DNA of 64,000 nt from Gemmatimonas sp. Its GTDB lineage: Bacteria > Gemmatimonadota > Gemmatimonadetes > Gemmatimonadales > Gemmatimonadaceae. The stretch spans positions 4,960,001 to 5,024,000 of the forward strand of contig OZ257156.1 in the NCBI GenBank assembly GCA_965279375.1, written 5' to 3'. The translations under genes were made by a program, and so were the position numbers. Shown in pieces: positions 17,725 through 27,447 of the stretch (the stretch's first letter is position 1; the number at the start of each line of letters is the position of its first letter). The notes under the pieces are model-generated. The model had not been told where the DNA came from, did not search any database, and saw nothing but the letters and a program-made list of their open reading frames with translations.

Positions 17725-19812
17725 ATGCGACTCCGCTCGCCCCTGCATTCCACGCGCCCGCGCCCTACGTCGTATCGCGTCCTGCCGATCGCGGCGCTCC
17801 TGTTGCCGCTGTCGCTGTTCGCGCCCGCATTGCACGCGCAGAAGGCGGCGCCCGCCGACCGTTTAACCATCGCCGACTATTTCGACTGGGAGGATGTGGC
17901 CGCACCGTCGCTCGCTCCAGACGGTCGCCAGATCCTCTACACGCGGACGTGGATCGACAAGATCAACGACAAGCGTGAGTCGTCGGTGTGGCTGATGAAT
18001 GCGGATGGCACGAAGAATCGTTTTCTGGTGAAGGGCTCCGACGCCAAGTGGTCTCCGGATGGTTCGCGCATCGTGTACGTCGCGCCGGGAGAGCCCGGCG
18101 GTGCGCAAGTCTGGGTGCGCTACATGGATGCCGAGGGCGCGACTACGCAGATCACGCGTTTGACGGAAGCCCCGAATGACGTGGAGTGGTCACCCGATGG
18201 AAAGTCGATCGCGTTTGGCATGCTGGTGCGCGGCGGCGAGAACTGGCGCATCGACATGCCGGCGGCGCCCAAGGGCGCCAAGTGGACCGAGCCACCGCGC
18301 GTGGTGACGAAGGTGAAGTATCGCGCGGATCGTCAGGGGTTCCTCGAAGACGGCTTGCGTCAGCTGTTCACGGTTCCGGCCGACGGTGGCACACCGCACC
18401 AGATCACCACCGGCGAGTGGGCCACCAACGGCACCACGTGGATGCCCGACGGCAAGGGCTTCGTGTTCACATCGCTGCGCACGAAGGATGCGGAGTACGC
18501 GTGGCGCGAGTCCGAGATTTATCGCGTGGATGCGTCGACCGGCGCTGTCACGCAGCTGACGCGTCGAAAGGGGCCGGACAACAACCCGGTGCCTTCACCC
18601 GACGGTTCGTTGATCGCGTACACAGGCTACGACAGCACCGATGCCACCTGGAAGGACGCGGCGCTGTACGTGATGGATGCGAATGGCGGCAACGCACATG
18701 CGCTCACGGAGAAGTTGGATCGCACGCCGTCGGGGATGTTCTGGTCGCCCGATGGCACGGGGCTCTATTTCAACGTGGAGAATGAGGGCTCGAAGAACCT
18801 CTACTTCGTGTCGCTCAAGGGCGACGTGCGCGTGGTGACGAAGGGTGCGCACGTGCTTACGGTCAGCGGCATCGGGCGCAACTTCATGGCGGTGGGCACG
18901 GCCACGTCGGCGATGAAGCCGACCGACATCGTGGCATTCGATGTGCGCACGCCCGCGATCAAGCAGCTCACCGATGTGAACGGCGATGTGTTGGCCGGCA
19001 AGAAGCTCGCGACCACCGAAGAAGTGTGGTACACGTCGGTCGACGGCTACAAGGTGCAGGGGTGGATCGTGAAACCGGCGGATTTCGATCCGAACAAGAA
19101 ATATCCGCTGATGCTCGAGATTCACGGTGGCCCGCACTCGATGTACAACGTGGGTTTCAACTTCTCGCGCCAGGATCACGCGTCGAACGGCTTCGTGATG
19201 CTCTACACGAATCCGCGCGGCTCCACGGGGTACGGTTCCGCATTCGGCAACGCGATCAAGAATGCGTACCCGGGCAAGGACTTCAACGACCTGATGGCCG
19301 GCGTCGATACGGTCGTCAACCGCGGCTACGTCGACACGAAGCGCCTGTACGTCTTCGGGTGCTCGGGGGGCGGTGTGCTGACGGCGTGGACGGTTGGACA
19401 TACCGACCGGTTCGCGGCGGCCGTGTCGATGTGTCCCGTGATCGACTGGATCAGCTTTGTGGGCACGACCGACGGCTCGAGCTGGTACTACAATTTCGCC
19501 AAGTTCCCGTGGGAAGACCCGAGCGAGCACCTCAAGCGCTCGCCATTGATGTCGGTGGGGAACGTCAAGACGCCAACGATGCTGATGACCGGCGTGAACG
19601 ATCTGCGCACGCCGATCGGTCAAACCGAGGAGTTCTACGAGGCGCTCAAGATTCGCAAAGTCCCCACCGCGATGATTCGCTTCAACAACGAATGGCACGG
19701 TACGAGTTCGACGCCGTCGAACTTCCTGCGCACGCAGCTCTATCTGCGGAGCTGGTTCGACAAGTATCAGACGCCGCCGTCTGCCACGCGGGTCACACAG
19801 GATCAGCCCTGA
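17725..19812 (+). CDS. S9-family peptidase (acylaminoacyl-peptidase-like, PD40 propeller)
   Basis: Repeated WSPDG; IHGGPH; NPRGSTGYG; nucleophile GCSGGG; D(LRTP); EWHG; signal peptide. Confidence 0.95.
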   Translation: MRLRSPLHSTRPRPTSYRVLPIAALLLPLSLFAPALHAQKAAPADRLTIADYFDWEDVAAPSLAPDGRQILYTRTWIDKINDKRESSVWLMNADGTKNRFLVKGSDAKWSPDGSRIVYVAPGEPGGAQVWVRYMDAEGATTQITRLTEAPNDVEWSPDGKSIAFGMLVRGGENWRIDMPAAPKGAKWTEPPRVVTKVKYRADRQGFLEDGLRQLFTVPADGGTPHQITTGEWATNGTTWMPDGKGFVFTSLRTKDAEYAWRESEIYRVDASTGAVTQLTRRKGPDNNPVPSPDGSLIAYTGYDSTDATWKDAALYVMDANGGNAHALTEKLDRTPSGMFWSPDGTGLYFNVENEGSKNLYFVSLKGDVRVVTKGAHVLTVSGIGRNFMAVGTATSAMKPTDIVAFDVRTPAIKQLTDVNGDVLAGKKLATTEEVWYTSVDGYKVQGWIVKPADFDPNKKYPLMLEIHGGPHSMYNVGFNFSRQDHASNGFVMLYTNPRGSTGYGSAFGNAIKNAYPGKDFNDLMAGVDTVVNRGYVDTKRLYVFGCSGGGVLTAWTVGHTDRFAAAVSMCPVIDWISFVGTTDGSSWYYNFAKFPWEDPSEHLKRSPLMSVGNVKTPTMLMTGVNDLRTPIGQTEEFYEALKIRKVPTAMIRFNNEWHGTSSTPSNFLRTQLYLRSWFDKYQTPPSATRVTQDQP

Positions 19813-19830
19813 CGCCCAGCATGTGCAGCG

Positions 19831-20685
19831 ATGAGTGACCTGCTCTTCCGGGGACGCGGTGCGGCCAGTCGCGCGCCCGTCCCCGGCGTGTTGCTGCGCC
19901 TCGCCGGAGCGGCTTTGGGCGTGAGCGTCTTTACCGCAGCAGAGTCGTTGGGCTTCACGAACCTGACCGGCTTGAGCGCCTGGTCGCTTCGACTCCTATC
20001 GCTCGCCGCTGGCGCACTGCTCGCGCCGACGATGCTGGGCTCCGTCCTGTGGCTCGCCCTCGGTGCGTTCACCGCGGTGCTCATGCTCGTGATGTTCACA
20101 CCGGTGGTGAGGCCGGCGGCGGAGTACTTCGTACGAGACGACACCGCCGCCGACCGCGCGGTCCCACTGCCGAAGCCGGACGCGATCGTCGTGCTTTCCG
20201 GCGACGTGAGCGAAACCGGCCGTGTGGTGGGGCCGGCGCTCGACCGACTGCTCACGGGCGCGCTCGACGCCAAGGCGCGCAGCATCAACGCCATCGCGCT
20301 TTCGTCGATCGCGCTCGAAACCGGCGCTTCACGCCCCACCACCGAGGCTGACCAGCGCGCCCTCGTGGCGCTGATGGCACCCGCAGTCGGCCTGCATTTC
20401 GTGCGCGACGTACACAGCACCCGCGAAGAGGCTGAGGCCTTCGCCCGCCTGGCTCGCGAGCAGCACTGGACGCGCCTGCTGCTGGTGACTTCGCCGCTGC
20501 ATTCGCGGCGTGCCTGCGCAACCTTCGAGGCCGCAGGATTGTCTGTAGAGTGTCGGCCGGCCGTAGCCCGGTCGCGTGACCCGCGGGCGCTGGGATCGAC
20601 CGAAAATCGACGTCTGGTGTTTCAGGACGTCATATACGAGCTGACCGCGACGATCCTCTATCGCGCGCGCGGCTGGATTCGGTAA
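19831..20685 (+). CDS. YdcF/ElyC (DUF218) family membrane protein
   Basis: N-terminal TM helices; DAIVVLSG, STREEA, LLVTSPLHSRRA, IYE motifs. Confidence 0.85.
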   Translation: MSDLLFRGRGAASRAPVPGVLLRLAGAALGVSVFTAAESLGFTNLTGLSAWSLRLLSLAAGALLAPTMLGSVLWLALGAFTAVLMLVMFTPVVRPAAEYFVRDDTAADRAVPLPKPDAIVVLSGDVSETGRVVGPALDRLLTGALDAKARSINAIALSSIALETGASRPTTEADQRALVALMAPAVGLHFVRDVHSTREEAEAFARLAREQHWTRLLLVTSPLHSRRACATFEAAGLSVECRPAVARSRDPRALGSTENRRLVFQDVIYELTATILYRARGWIR

Positions 20686-20908
20686 CGCCGCTCGAGGGCG
20701 ACCGACGCGTCGACGTTCCAAAGGCGTGACATCGGTCACCTGCGACACCCGGGTAAAATTGCGCTAGATTCGGTTCCTCGACGCGAATCGCCTGTGACGT
20801 GCGTGGCATCGATCGACGACAGAATCGGAGAGTGTGATGCGCAGCACTTTCAAGCCTAACCACGCACCGGTACGTTCCTCGTGTCGTCCTCACTTCCTCC
20901 CCAATTCC

Positions 20909-21862
20909 ATGCATCTCTCTCGTTTGCGAAATCATTCGGCCGCCCTCGTCGCATCAGTCCTGCTGGGCGCGTCGCTGAGCGCCTGCAAGGATACCAAGGC
21001 CATCGCCCGCGCCGACTCCCTGGCGGCGGCCCTGACAGCGGCCAACGCACAGCGCGACTCGCTGCAAGGCTTGGTTGCCGGCGCGTCGGCGGAGAAGGAT
21101 CGGGCGATGGCGCAGGTGGTCGAGGCAACGAAGTTCGCCGATCAGGTGGACGCGGAGCTGCGTCAGGTGCGCACCCTCTCCTCCAAGGTCTCCGTCAACA
21201 AGTCGGACGAGTCCGGCAAGGCCGAAGCAGCCGTTGCGCAGAAGGACATTCTCGATCGCCTGCAGCAGCTCCGGCAGCGTCTCGCCGCCCGCCAGAATCA
21301 GGTGAAGGCGATGCTCGACACGCTCAAGAGCATGCGCGCGGATTCGTCCGCCACCGCCACGCTGCTCACAGACCTGAACGCGCGCCTCGTGCTGCGCGAG
21401 AAGGAAATCGTCGCGTTCCAGGATGAAGTGAAGACGCTTCGTGCGCAGAACCAGCAGCTGGCCACCGAGAAGGCGGTCCTCACGGACACAGTGAAGGCGA
21501 TGGACGTTCGCGAGAACAAGGTGTTCTACGTGGTCGCGCCGCGTCGACAGCTCTTGTCTGACGGTGTCGTAACGGAAGAAGGCGGCTCACGCGGATTGCT
21601 GATCGTCAAGTTGGGCAAGACGCTCGTGCCGTCGCGCACGCTCGACGAAGCGAAGTTCACCCGCGCCGATCGCCGCGAAGTGCTGACGATCCCGCTGCCG
21701 CGCAGCGACCGGCCGTACAAGATCGTCTCGCGTCACGACGTCGGACTCATCGAGGTCGCCAAGCGTGAGAAGGATGGCAGCTTCCGTGGCGAGTCCATTC
21801 GCATCACCGATCCGGCCAAGTTCTGGGCCTCGTCGCGCTACCTCATCGTCTCCGAGAAGTAG
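20909..21862 (+). CDS. Coiled-coil lipoprotein resembling the Bacteroidota Cbp1-like adhesin family
   Basis: Lipobox LSA-C; long heptad region; C-terminal NKVFYVV..EEGG..FT..D..IPL..ITDPAKFWASSRYLIV. Family match is from memory. Confidence 0.65.
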   Translation: MHLSRLRNHSAALVASVLLGASLSACKDTKAIARADSLAAALTAANAQRDSLQGLVAGASAEKDRAMAQVVEATKFADQVDAELRQVRTLSSKVSVNKSDESGKAEAAVAQKDILDRLQQLRQRLAARQNQVKAMLDTLKSMRADSSATATLLTDLNARLVLREKEIVAFQDEVKTLRAQNQQLATEKAVLTDTVKAMDVRENKVFYVVAPRRQLLSDGVVTEEGGSRGLLIVKLGKTLVPSRTLDEAKFTRADRREVLTIPLPRSDRPYKIVSRHDVGLIEVAKREKDGSFRGESIRITDPAKFWASSRYLIVSEK

Positions 21863-23486
21863 GCAGCGAATCAGGCAGCAACGGAGCGAGCACTCCCCTC
21901 GGCCATCGTGCAGCAGCAATCAGTAACAACGCTGCACTGATGGCCGACCAGTAGACCGCGCGCTGCGTCAACGCGCGCCAGGCGACGCCGGCGTCACCCA
22001 GCAGTGATGCCGGTTCGGCGAAGCGATACCACCACGCCGACGCCCCGTGCCGGTCGAGAACGACCGCCAGCACCCAGCCCGTGATCAGCAGGAGGTGCGC
22101 GAGCACCTTGTTGCGGACGACGGCGTGCACCGCCACCGAAAGCGCGGTGAGCTGTGCGAACGGCAGCCAAAGCACGAAGAGCGTCCACGCCGCCAGCACT
22201 GTCGCCGATGTGGATCCTGCGCGGAAGGCGATCGTTAACCCCGCGCCCACCGTCAGGAGCAGCACGACCGGAAGCTGCGCGACGAACAGCCCGCCAAGAC
22301 GACCCATCGCAATGACGGACGTACGCACCGGCACCGTATCGCTCAGCGCATCGATGCGCACGTCGCGTTCGCGCCAGAGCACTTCCCCTGCGTAAACCGT
22401 CGCCAGCAGGATGAGGAATAGTCGCGCGTGCCCTGCGATGAGCATGAGGAACTGAAGGGCGCTGGCACCGTCAGGCGCTCGCGACCACGCGTTCACCAGT
22501 GCGTTGACGGCGGCCAGCACCGCGACCACGCGAAAGCCGCCGTCGCGCCACATCCACGCGGCCGTAAAACGCGCCAGTGCGAGCGCTGCGGCAACCGGCG
22601 ATGACGTCGGCGCCTCGTGTGAACGCTCGCGCAGTGGACGTGCCTGTCCAATGTCCGAGTGCTCCGCGCGCGACTGCATGAGGGCGGCCGGTTGCGACAG
22701 ATTCTGCCAGCGCAGTCGCGACAGCGTCACGCCGACCACGATGCCACTCGCGCCTAACCACAGCAGACGGTTCCACAACAACACCCCGACAAGCGGCACG
22801 TCGCGCGTGGTGCGCTCCGCCAGCGTCCATTCTCGTGTGAGTGCGAGCACGGGGGCATTGCCAAACGGATCCAGCAGGGCGCCGACGACGCGCGTGGCGG
22901 CGTTCGCCTCGAGGCTCAGCGAAAGCTGCCAGACGCCAACCAGCGCCAGTGCCGCCGCCAGCACGCCGAGTAATCGTCGGCTCAGCACCGCCGTGCTGCT
23001 CAGGATCGCCGCGACGACCACGCAGGTGGGCAGCGTGACGATGGCATACGCGGACAGGTATGGTCGCGCCGACGTCAACGTGTGAGCCGTGGCCGCGCCG
23101 AGCATCGCGCCGACGGGCATGGCGGCGTACACCGCCATCAGCACGACAAGCGCCGCGGTCAGCCTCGCGCTGAACCATCGTTGCGGCGTGAGCGCCGTGG
23201 TCGCAACCAACGACAGCGTGCGCTGCGCCGTGTCGCGGAGCATGGCCGTCGCCGCGATCATCGTCGTGATGACCTGTCCGAAGGCGGTCAGCCCGCCGAA
23301 GGCCAGCGCGAGGGCCCACGGCGACTCTTTCGGCGCACCCATGCGGTCGCTGACCAGCTCCACGGCCCCCGACGCGCCGTAGCCGAACGTCAGGAGCAGG
23401 AACACCAGCAGATACAGCGCCGTCAGCGGCTCTCGTGCCTGCTGTCGCAGCTCGAACGAGAGAACCGCTCGCCACATCGCGCTCAC
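21843..23486 (-). CDS. ABC-2-type permease (two TM repeats), no ATPase nearby
   Basis: FELRQQAR, AMLRD, LLDPFG, LLWNRLLW, YAGEVLWRERD..DTVP motifs; about 12 hydrophobic segments. Confidence 0.75.
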   Translation of the reverse strand: MSAMWRAVLSFELRQQAREPLTALYLLVFLLLTFGYGASGAVELVSDRMGAPKESPWALALAFGGLTAFGQVITTMIAATAMLRDTAQRTLSLVATTALTPQRWFSARLTAALVVLMAVYAAMPVGAMLGAATAHTLTSARPYLSAYAIVTLPTCVVVAAILSSTAVLSRRLLGVLAAALALVGVWQLSLSLEANAATRVVGALLDPFGNAPVLALTREWTLAERTTRDVPLVGVLLWNRLLWLGASGIVVGVTLSRLRWQNLSQPAALMQSRAEHSDIGQARPLRERSHEAPTSSPVAAALALARFTAAWMWRDGGFRVVAVLAAVNALVNAWSRAPDGASALQFLMLIAGHARLFLILLATVYAGEVLWRERDVRIDALSDTVPVRTSVIAMGRLGGLFVAQLPVVLLLTVGAGLTIAFRAGSTSATVLAAWTLFVLWLPFAQLTALSVAVHAVVRNKVLAHLLLITGWVLAVVLDRHGASAWWYRFAEPASLLGDAGVAWRALTQRAVYWSAISAALLLIAAARWPRGVLAPLLPDSLPTSRRR

Positions 23487-23522
23487 GAAACTGTCACCCC
23501 ACGGCCACGTGATCGAGCGACG

Positions 23523-23981
23523 TCAGCGCGCGTCTTCGGAAACAGCGCCGTGCAGCTCATCGCCGGACAGCGGGCGAATGGCGAGGTCTACCGCGAGCCA
23601 CGTGGTCTTGGCGAACGGGTAGCAGAGCACGCAGCCCGAGAGCATCAGAAACGCCGTGACGTACGTGATGACATCCCACGGCGGATCGGGCCAAGTGACA
23701 TACACGAAGCCGCAGACACAGAAGAACAGGATCAGTTCGACCGCGATGAGATTGAAGAGGTACGCGCCGACGAAATAGTCCTTCTCACCACGTTCCAGCC
23801 GCATGCCGCAGGTAGGGCAACGCTCCTTCATCTCGAACATGCTGGCGAAGATCTTTCGTCCACCGCAGTGCGGGCACCGCAGTTGAATGGCGCGCCACAG
23901 CAGCGGTCCGACGCGCGGACGCGCGAAGTCGCCCGGCTCAGCCTGACGCCCACTCGCTGCGCCGGCGCTCAAGGGGCTCAC
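23523..23981 (-). CDS. DUF983 family zinc-ribbon membrane protein
   Basis: RCPHCG..CPTCG followed by two TM helices; GTGA overlap with the upstream gene. Confidence 0.8.
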   Translation of the reverse strand: MSPLSAGAASGRQAEPGDFARPRVGPLLWRAIQLRCPHCGGRKIFASMFEMKERCPTCGMRLERGEKDYFVGAYLFNLIAVELILFFCVCGFVYVTWPDPPWDVITYVTAFLMLSGCVLCYPFAKTTWLAVDLAIRPLSGDELHGAVSEDAR

Positions 23982-25102
23982 CGCTCGCTCAGCGTCGCGA
24001 GGAAGTCACGGAGGTAGTCACCCCACACGGCCGGCAGCGAATGCGTCCCGTGGCCGCGTGTCTCCGGTGTGATCGGCAGCAGGATGAACTTCGCGTGCAC
24101 GATCTTCTTGGCGAGCGTTTCGGCGATCCCCAACTCGGGCGGGTTCACCTGATCGTCTGCCGAATTGATGTACAGCGCCGGCGCCGTGATCTTGTCGAGG
24201 AAAGGAGACGGATCGTAGTCGCGCGACGCATCGAACTGAAACAGGAAATCGTTGGCGTCGCTGGACTGCATGCGCTGGTCGAGATACGTGCGAATGACGC
24301 TGTCCGCCGCATCGCGCGTGGGTGCCTGCTTGTGGTTGAGCAACGGCGCGCTGCCCATGACGTACAGCATCATGGACGCGGTGCGCAGCCCTTCCGGTTG
24401 CTTCGTGTACTCGCCGCCCTTCCACGACGGATCGTTCCGAATGGCGTCCATGGCCATCGTGCGAATCATCCGATTGCGACCCGCGATCTGCGCCGGAACA
24501 CAGGCAAACGGCGCCAACCCATCCATGAAATCCGGATAGGTGTAGCCCCACACCCACCCCTGCATGCACCCCATCGACGTGCCCAGGATCAGGCGCAGAT
24601 GGTTCACGCCGAGCTTCTCGGTGAGCAGGCGATGCTGCGCGTCCACCATGTCGTCGTACGTGTACTTCGGGAACTTTGCGTGCAGGCCATCACTCGGCTT
24701 GCTGGAGCCGCCATGGCCGATGCCGTCGGGGAGGATGATGTAGTACTTGCTGCTGTCGAGCAGCTTGCCCGGGGCGAAGAGTCCGCCGGCGAACGCGTTG
24801 CCCAGAAAGCTCCGCCCTGCGCCGCCGGTACCGTGCAAAATCATCACGGCGTTTCGTACGATGCCCTTGGCGTCTTTCCGCGGCGTGCCGAGCGTGGTGT
24901 AGTGCAGGCGCAGCTCGGGGAGCACTTCACCCGAGCGGAACTTGAAGCCGCGAACGATGTGGTCGCCCTGCGTGCCGGCGCGTGCCCAGGACGCGGCTGT
25001 CTGCGCCGGCAGGAGTGGAGCGGTCGTGGCGAGCGAGGCCATGCCTGCGAGCGACGCGACGACTCGGCGAACAGTCCGGCGGAGCTGGTGGGAGGAAGGC
25101 AT
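23978..25102 (-). CDS. Exported alpha/beta hydrolase, homoserine O-acetyltransferase (MetX)-like
   Basis: LHYTTLG, LHGTGG, GTSMG nucleophile, NSADD, GHGTH; signal-like N-terminus from ATG 25102. Confidence 0.85.
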   Translation of the reverse strand: MPSSHQLRRTVRRVVASLAGMASLATTAPLLPAQTAASWARAGTQGDHIVRGFKFRSGEVLPELRLHYTTLGTPRKDAKGIVRNAVMILHGTGGAGRSFLGNAFAGGLFAPGKLLDSSKYYIILPDGIGHGGSSKPSDGLHAKFPKYTYDDMVDAQHRLLTEKLGVNHLRLILGTSMGCMQGWVWGYTYPDFMDGLAPFACVPAQIAGRNRMIRTMAMDAIRNDPSWKGGEYTKQPEGLRTASMMLYVMGSAPLLNHKQAPTRDAADSVIRTYLDQRMQSSDANDFLFQFDASRDYDPSPFLDKITAPALYINSADDQVNPPELGIAETLAKKIVHAKFILLPITPETRGHGTHSLPAVWGDYLRDFLATLSER

Positions 25103-25118
25103 GGCGAAAGATAGTCCA

Positions 25119-26171
25119 CTACGTCGCCTCCGCGCGGACCGGTGGCTCGCTGGGACGCAGCAGGACGCTGAGCGCCTGCAGGGATCGCTGCAGGCGCCCA
25201 CCCTGCGCCTCGAGCAGCCGTTCGGCCAGCAGCAACTCGGTGGACTCGGACGGGGACGCAGGAAACGGCCGCGAAAGGAACACCTCCACCATGTCGTCCC
25301 GCACGCGCGTAGCGACCTCCATTGGCGGCAGCTCAGCGTCGGGCATGGCCGGGTGGGCGGCAGGCTCCCGCGCGCACTCTGTGCCCAGGAGCGCGAGCGC
25401 CTCCGCCAAGCGCGCACGATCGGCGGTGACGCGAGGCAACAGCGGATCGAGTGTCGCCTGCAACCTGATCCCGTGTCGTTCAGCGGAGGCACGCAGCATG
25501 GGCAGCACGCCGCGCACGACATCGTTCACCGCGACTCGCTCGAGCAGCACGTTGATGGCATCACGATCGACGTCCATCGAAAGCGAGAGCCGGCGCAGGG
25601 CCAGGTCCATGGCGTCCGCCGCGGCACGTGCGGTGACGATGAGTTCCTCCTGATTCTCGTTCAACTCGCCGAAGGGTGCTTCGATCAGGATGTGCAACGG
25701 CAGGCGAACGTCGTCGAGTTGCGCGAGAGCGTCGCGCACGGACGCGCCGAGCATGGTTGCCTGCTGCTGCCGGCGCACGGCGGCGGCGGCGAGCGATTGC
25801 CGACGATCGGCCTCGCTGGTGGCCAAGGCGTCGCCCAACTTTTGCACCACCTGCTCGATGCGCCCAAGCTCGTCGTCCTCGGCGGGCAGATCGCGAAATG
25901 GCGACCGCGATCGTTCGACGCCTCCAGCAAGACGACGGATGCGAAGTGCGAGGTAGCGCGTGTTGGACCACGTGAGCACCAGCGACGCGACGGAGAGCAA
26001 GGCCGCACCCGCGACCACATATCCCGGTGCCTGGCGTCCGAATTCGCCATAGTAGGCAAGCACGAGGACCAGCACGACAGCCAGGAGCGAAGGTGCGAGT
26101 CCGAGGAGCAGCCGCTGTCCGACGGACAAGCCCATGATCCGCGACACTCGTGTTGTGCGCGATGTCGTCAT
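25119..26171 (-). CDS. Membrane HAMP / degenerate histidine-kinase-like protein (pseudokinase)
   Basis: Two TM helices; HAMP-like DDELGRI; DHp-like LHILIEAPFGELNENQEELI with no H-box His; no N or G boxes. Confidence 0.7.
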   Translation of the reverse strand: MTTSRTTRVSRIMGLSVGQRLLLGLAPSLLAVVLVLVLAYYGEFGRQAPGYVVAGAALLSVASLVLTWSNTRYLALRIRRLAGGVERSRSPFRDLPAEDDELGRIEQVVQKLGDALATSEADRRQSLAAAAVRRQQQATMLGASVRDALAQLDDVRLPLHILIEAPFGELNENQEELIVTARAAADAMDLALRRLSLSMDVDRDAINVLLERVAVNDVVRGVLPMLRASAERHGIRLQATLDPLLPRVTADRARLAEALALLGTECAREPAAHPAMPDAELPPMEVATRVRDDMVEVFLSRPFPASPSESTELLLAERLLEAQGGRLQRSLQALSVLLRPSEPPVRAEAT

Positions 26172-26178
26172 ACGGCCG

Positions 26179-27408
26179 TCACGAGGCGTCGTCCGCGTGC
26201 GACTTACTGCCGCGATCGGGCAGCGTGCTGGAAGGCGCGCTCGCGGACGCCGACACGACGAGTACGTCCAACCCCGCGTTCATCTCGAGCAGCCGCTCCA
26301 CGACGGAGCCACGACGCAAGCGATACCAGCGTGAACGGCGCGTTTGCCCGAGTACCGCGAGCGTGACTCCGCGCTCGTCGGCGAAGCGCGCGAGTGCTGC
26401 CGCGACATCGTCTCCGGCAAGCTTGACGACCTCGGCGCCCAGCGATTGCGCGAGCTGAATATTCTCGACGAGCTTTCGCTGCACTGCAGTGTCGATGCGA
26501 TCGGCACGTTCGGCGCTCGTCTGCACGTAAACGCAATACCAGTCGGAGTTGAGGCGGCCCGCGATGCGACTGGCTTTGCGCAACAGCACGCGAGAGAGTG
26601 GCGGATCGCTGGAGAGGCATACCATGAGTCGATCGACGGTACGAGGCGAGCTGATCTTGGTCTCGACGCGCCGCACGACGACTTCGCGCGCGCGATCGAC
26701 CGAACTGGCGACCTCACGCAGGGCAAGCTCCCGCAACGAACTCAGATTTTCGTCGGTGAAGAAGTTGCCGAGCGCCGACTCGATCTTCTCTGGCCGATAG
26801 ATCTTCCCGTCGCGGAGACGCTGCCTGAGGTCTTCGGCGGAGAGGTCGACATTTACCACCTGATCAGCCTGCGCCACCAGCCAGTCTGGCACGGTTTCGC
26901 GCACCGTCACAGCGAGTTCGCGCTCCACGATATCGTTGAGCGATTCGAGGTGCTGCACGTTCATGGCGGAGATGACGCTGATGCCTTCATCGAGCAGCGT
27001 GAGGACATCCTCCCATCGCTTGCCATGCCGTGCGCCGGGCACGTTGCTGTGCGCCAGCTCGTCCACGAGTGCCACCTGCGGCCGTCGCGCGATGATCGCG
27101 TCCACGTCCATGTCCTCGAGCACGACGGAGCGGTATTCGATACGACGCCGTGGCAAGACTTCAAGATCGCCTACCTGTGCGACCGTCTCCGCACGACCGT
27201 GCGTCTCCACAAATCCAACGACGACATCCACACGCCGTCGACGCAGCTCGTGGGCCTCTTGCAGCATGCGGTACGTCTTGCCAACACCCGCTGCGGACCC
27301 GATGTACAGCTTGAGTTTGCCGCGTTCGCGCTGCTTGACCAGCGCGAGGAAAGTACCGCTGTCCTCGCGTCGGCGTTCAGCGTGCGTTGGGTCGGGGCGT
27401 TCGTTCAC
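26179..27408 (-). CDS. kdpD: Stand-alone KdpD N-terminal sensor domain plus USP domain
   Basis: RGKLKLYIGSAAGVGKTYRML, ETHGR, LVDELAHSN, NVQHLESLND, LRELALREVA, then USP; no TM or kinase part. Confidence 0.92.
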   Translation of the reverse strand: MNERPDPTHAERRREDSGTFLALVKQRERGKLKLYIGSAAGVGKTYRMLQEAHELRRRRVDVVVGFVETHGRAETVAQVGDLEVLPRRRIEYRSVVLEDMDVDAIIARRPQVALVDELAHSNVPGARHGKRWEDVLTLLDEGISVISAMNVQHLESLNDIVERELAVTVRETVPDWLVAQADQVVNVDLSAEDLRQRLRDGKIYRPEKIESALGNFFTDENLSSLRELALREVASSVDRAREVVVRRVETKISSPRTVDRLMVCLSSDPPLSRVLLRKASRIAGRLNSDWYCVYVQTSAERADRIDTAVQRKLVENIQLAQSLGAEVVKLAGDDVAAALARFADERGVTLAVLGQTRRSRWYRLRRGSVVERLLEMNAGLDVLVVSASASAPSSTLPDRGSKSHADDAS

Positions 27409-27447
27409 GGAGGCCGTCGAACGGTGCGCGAGAGAGGGCGCCGCGGA

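Noticed and set aside
23978..25522. N-terminally extended ORFs as listed in the track (also 33522-35567, 39589-42036, 2574-3812, 43437-44759)
   Set aside because: The extensions overlap upstream genes; stop/start overlaps or RBSs define shorter starts.
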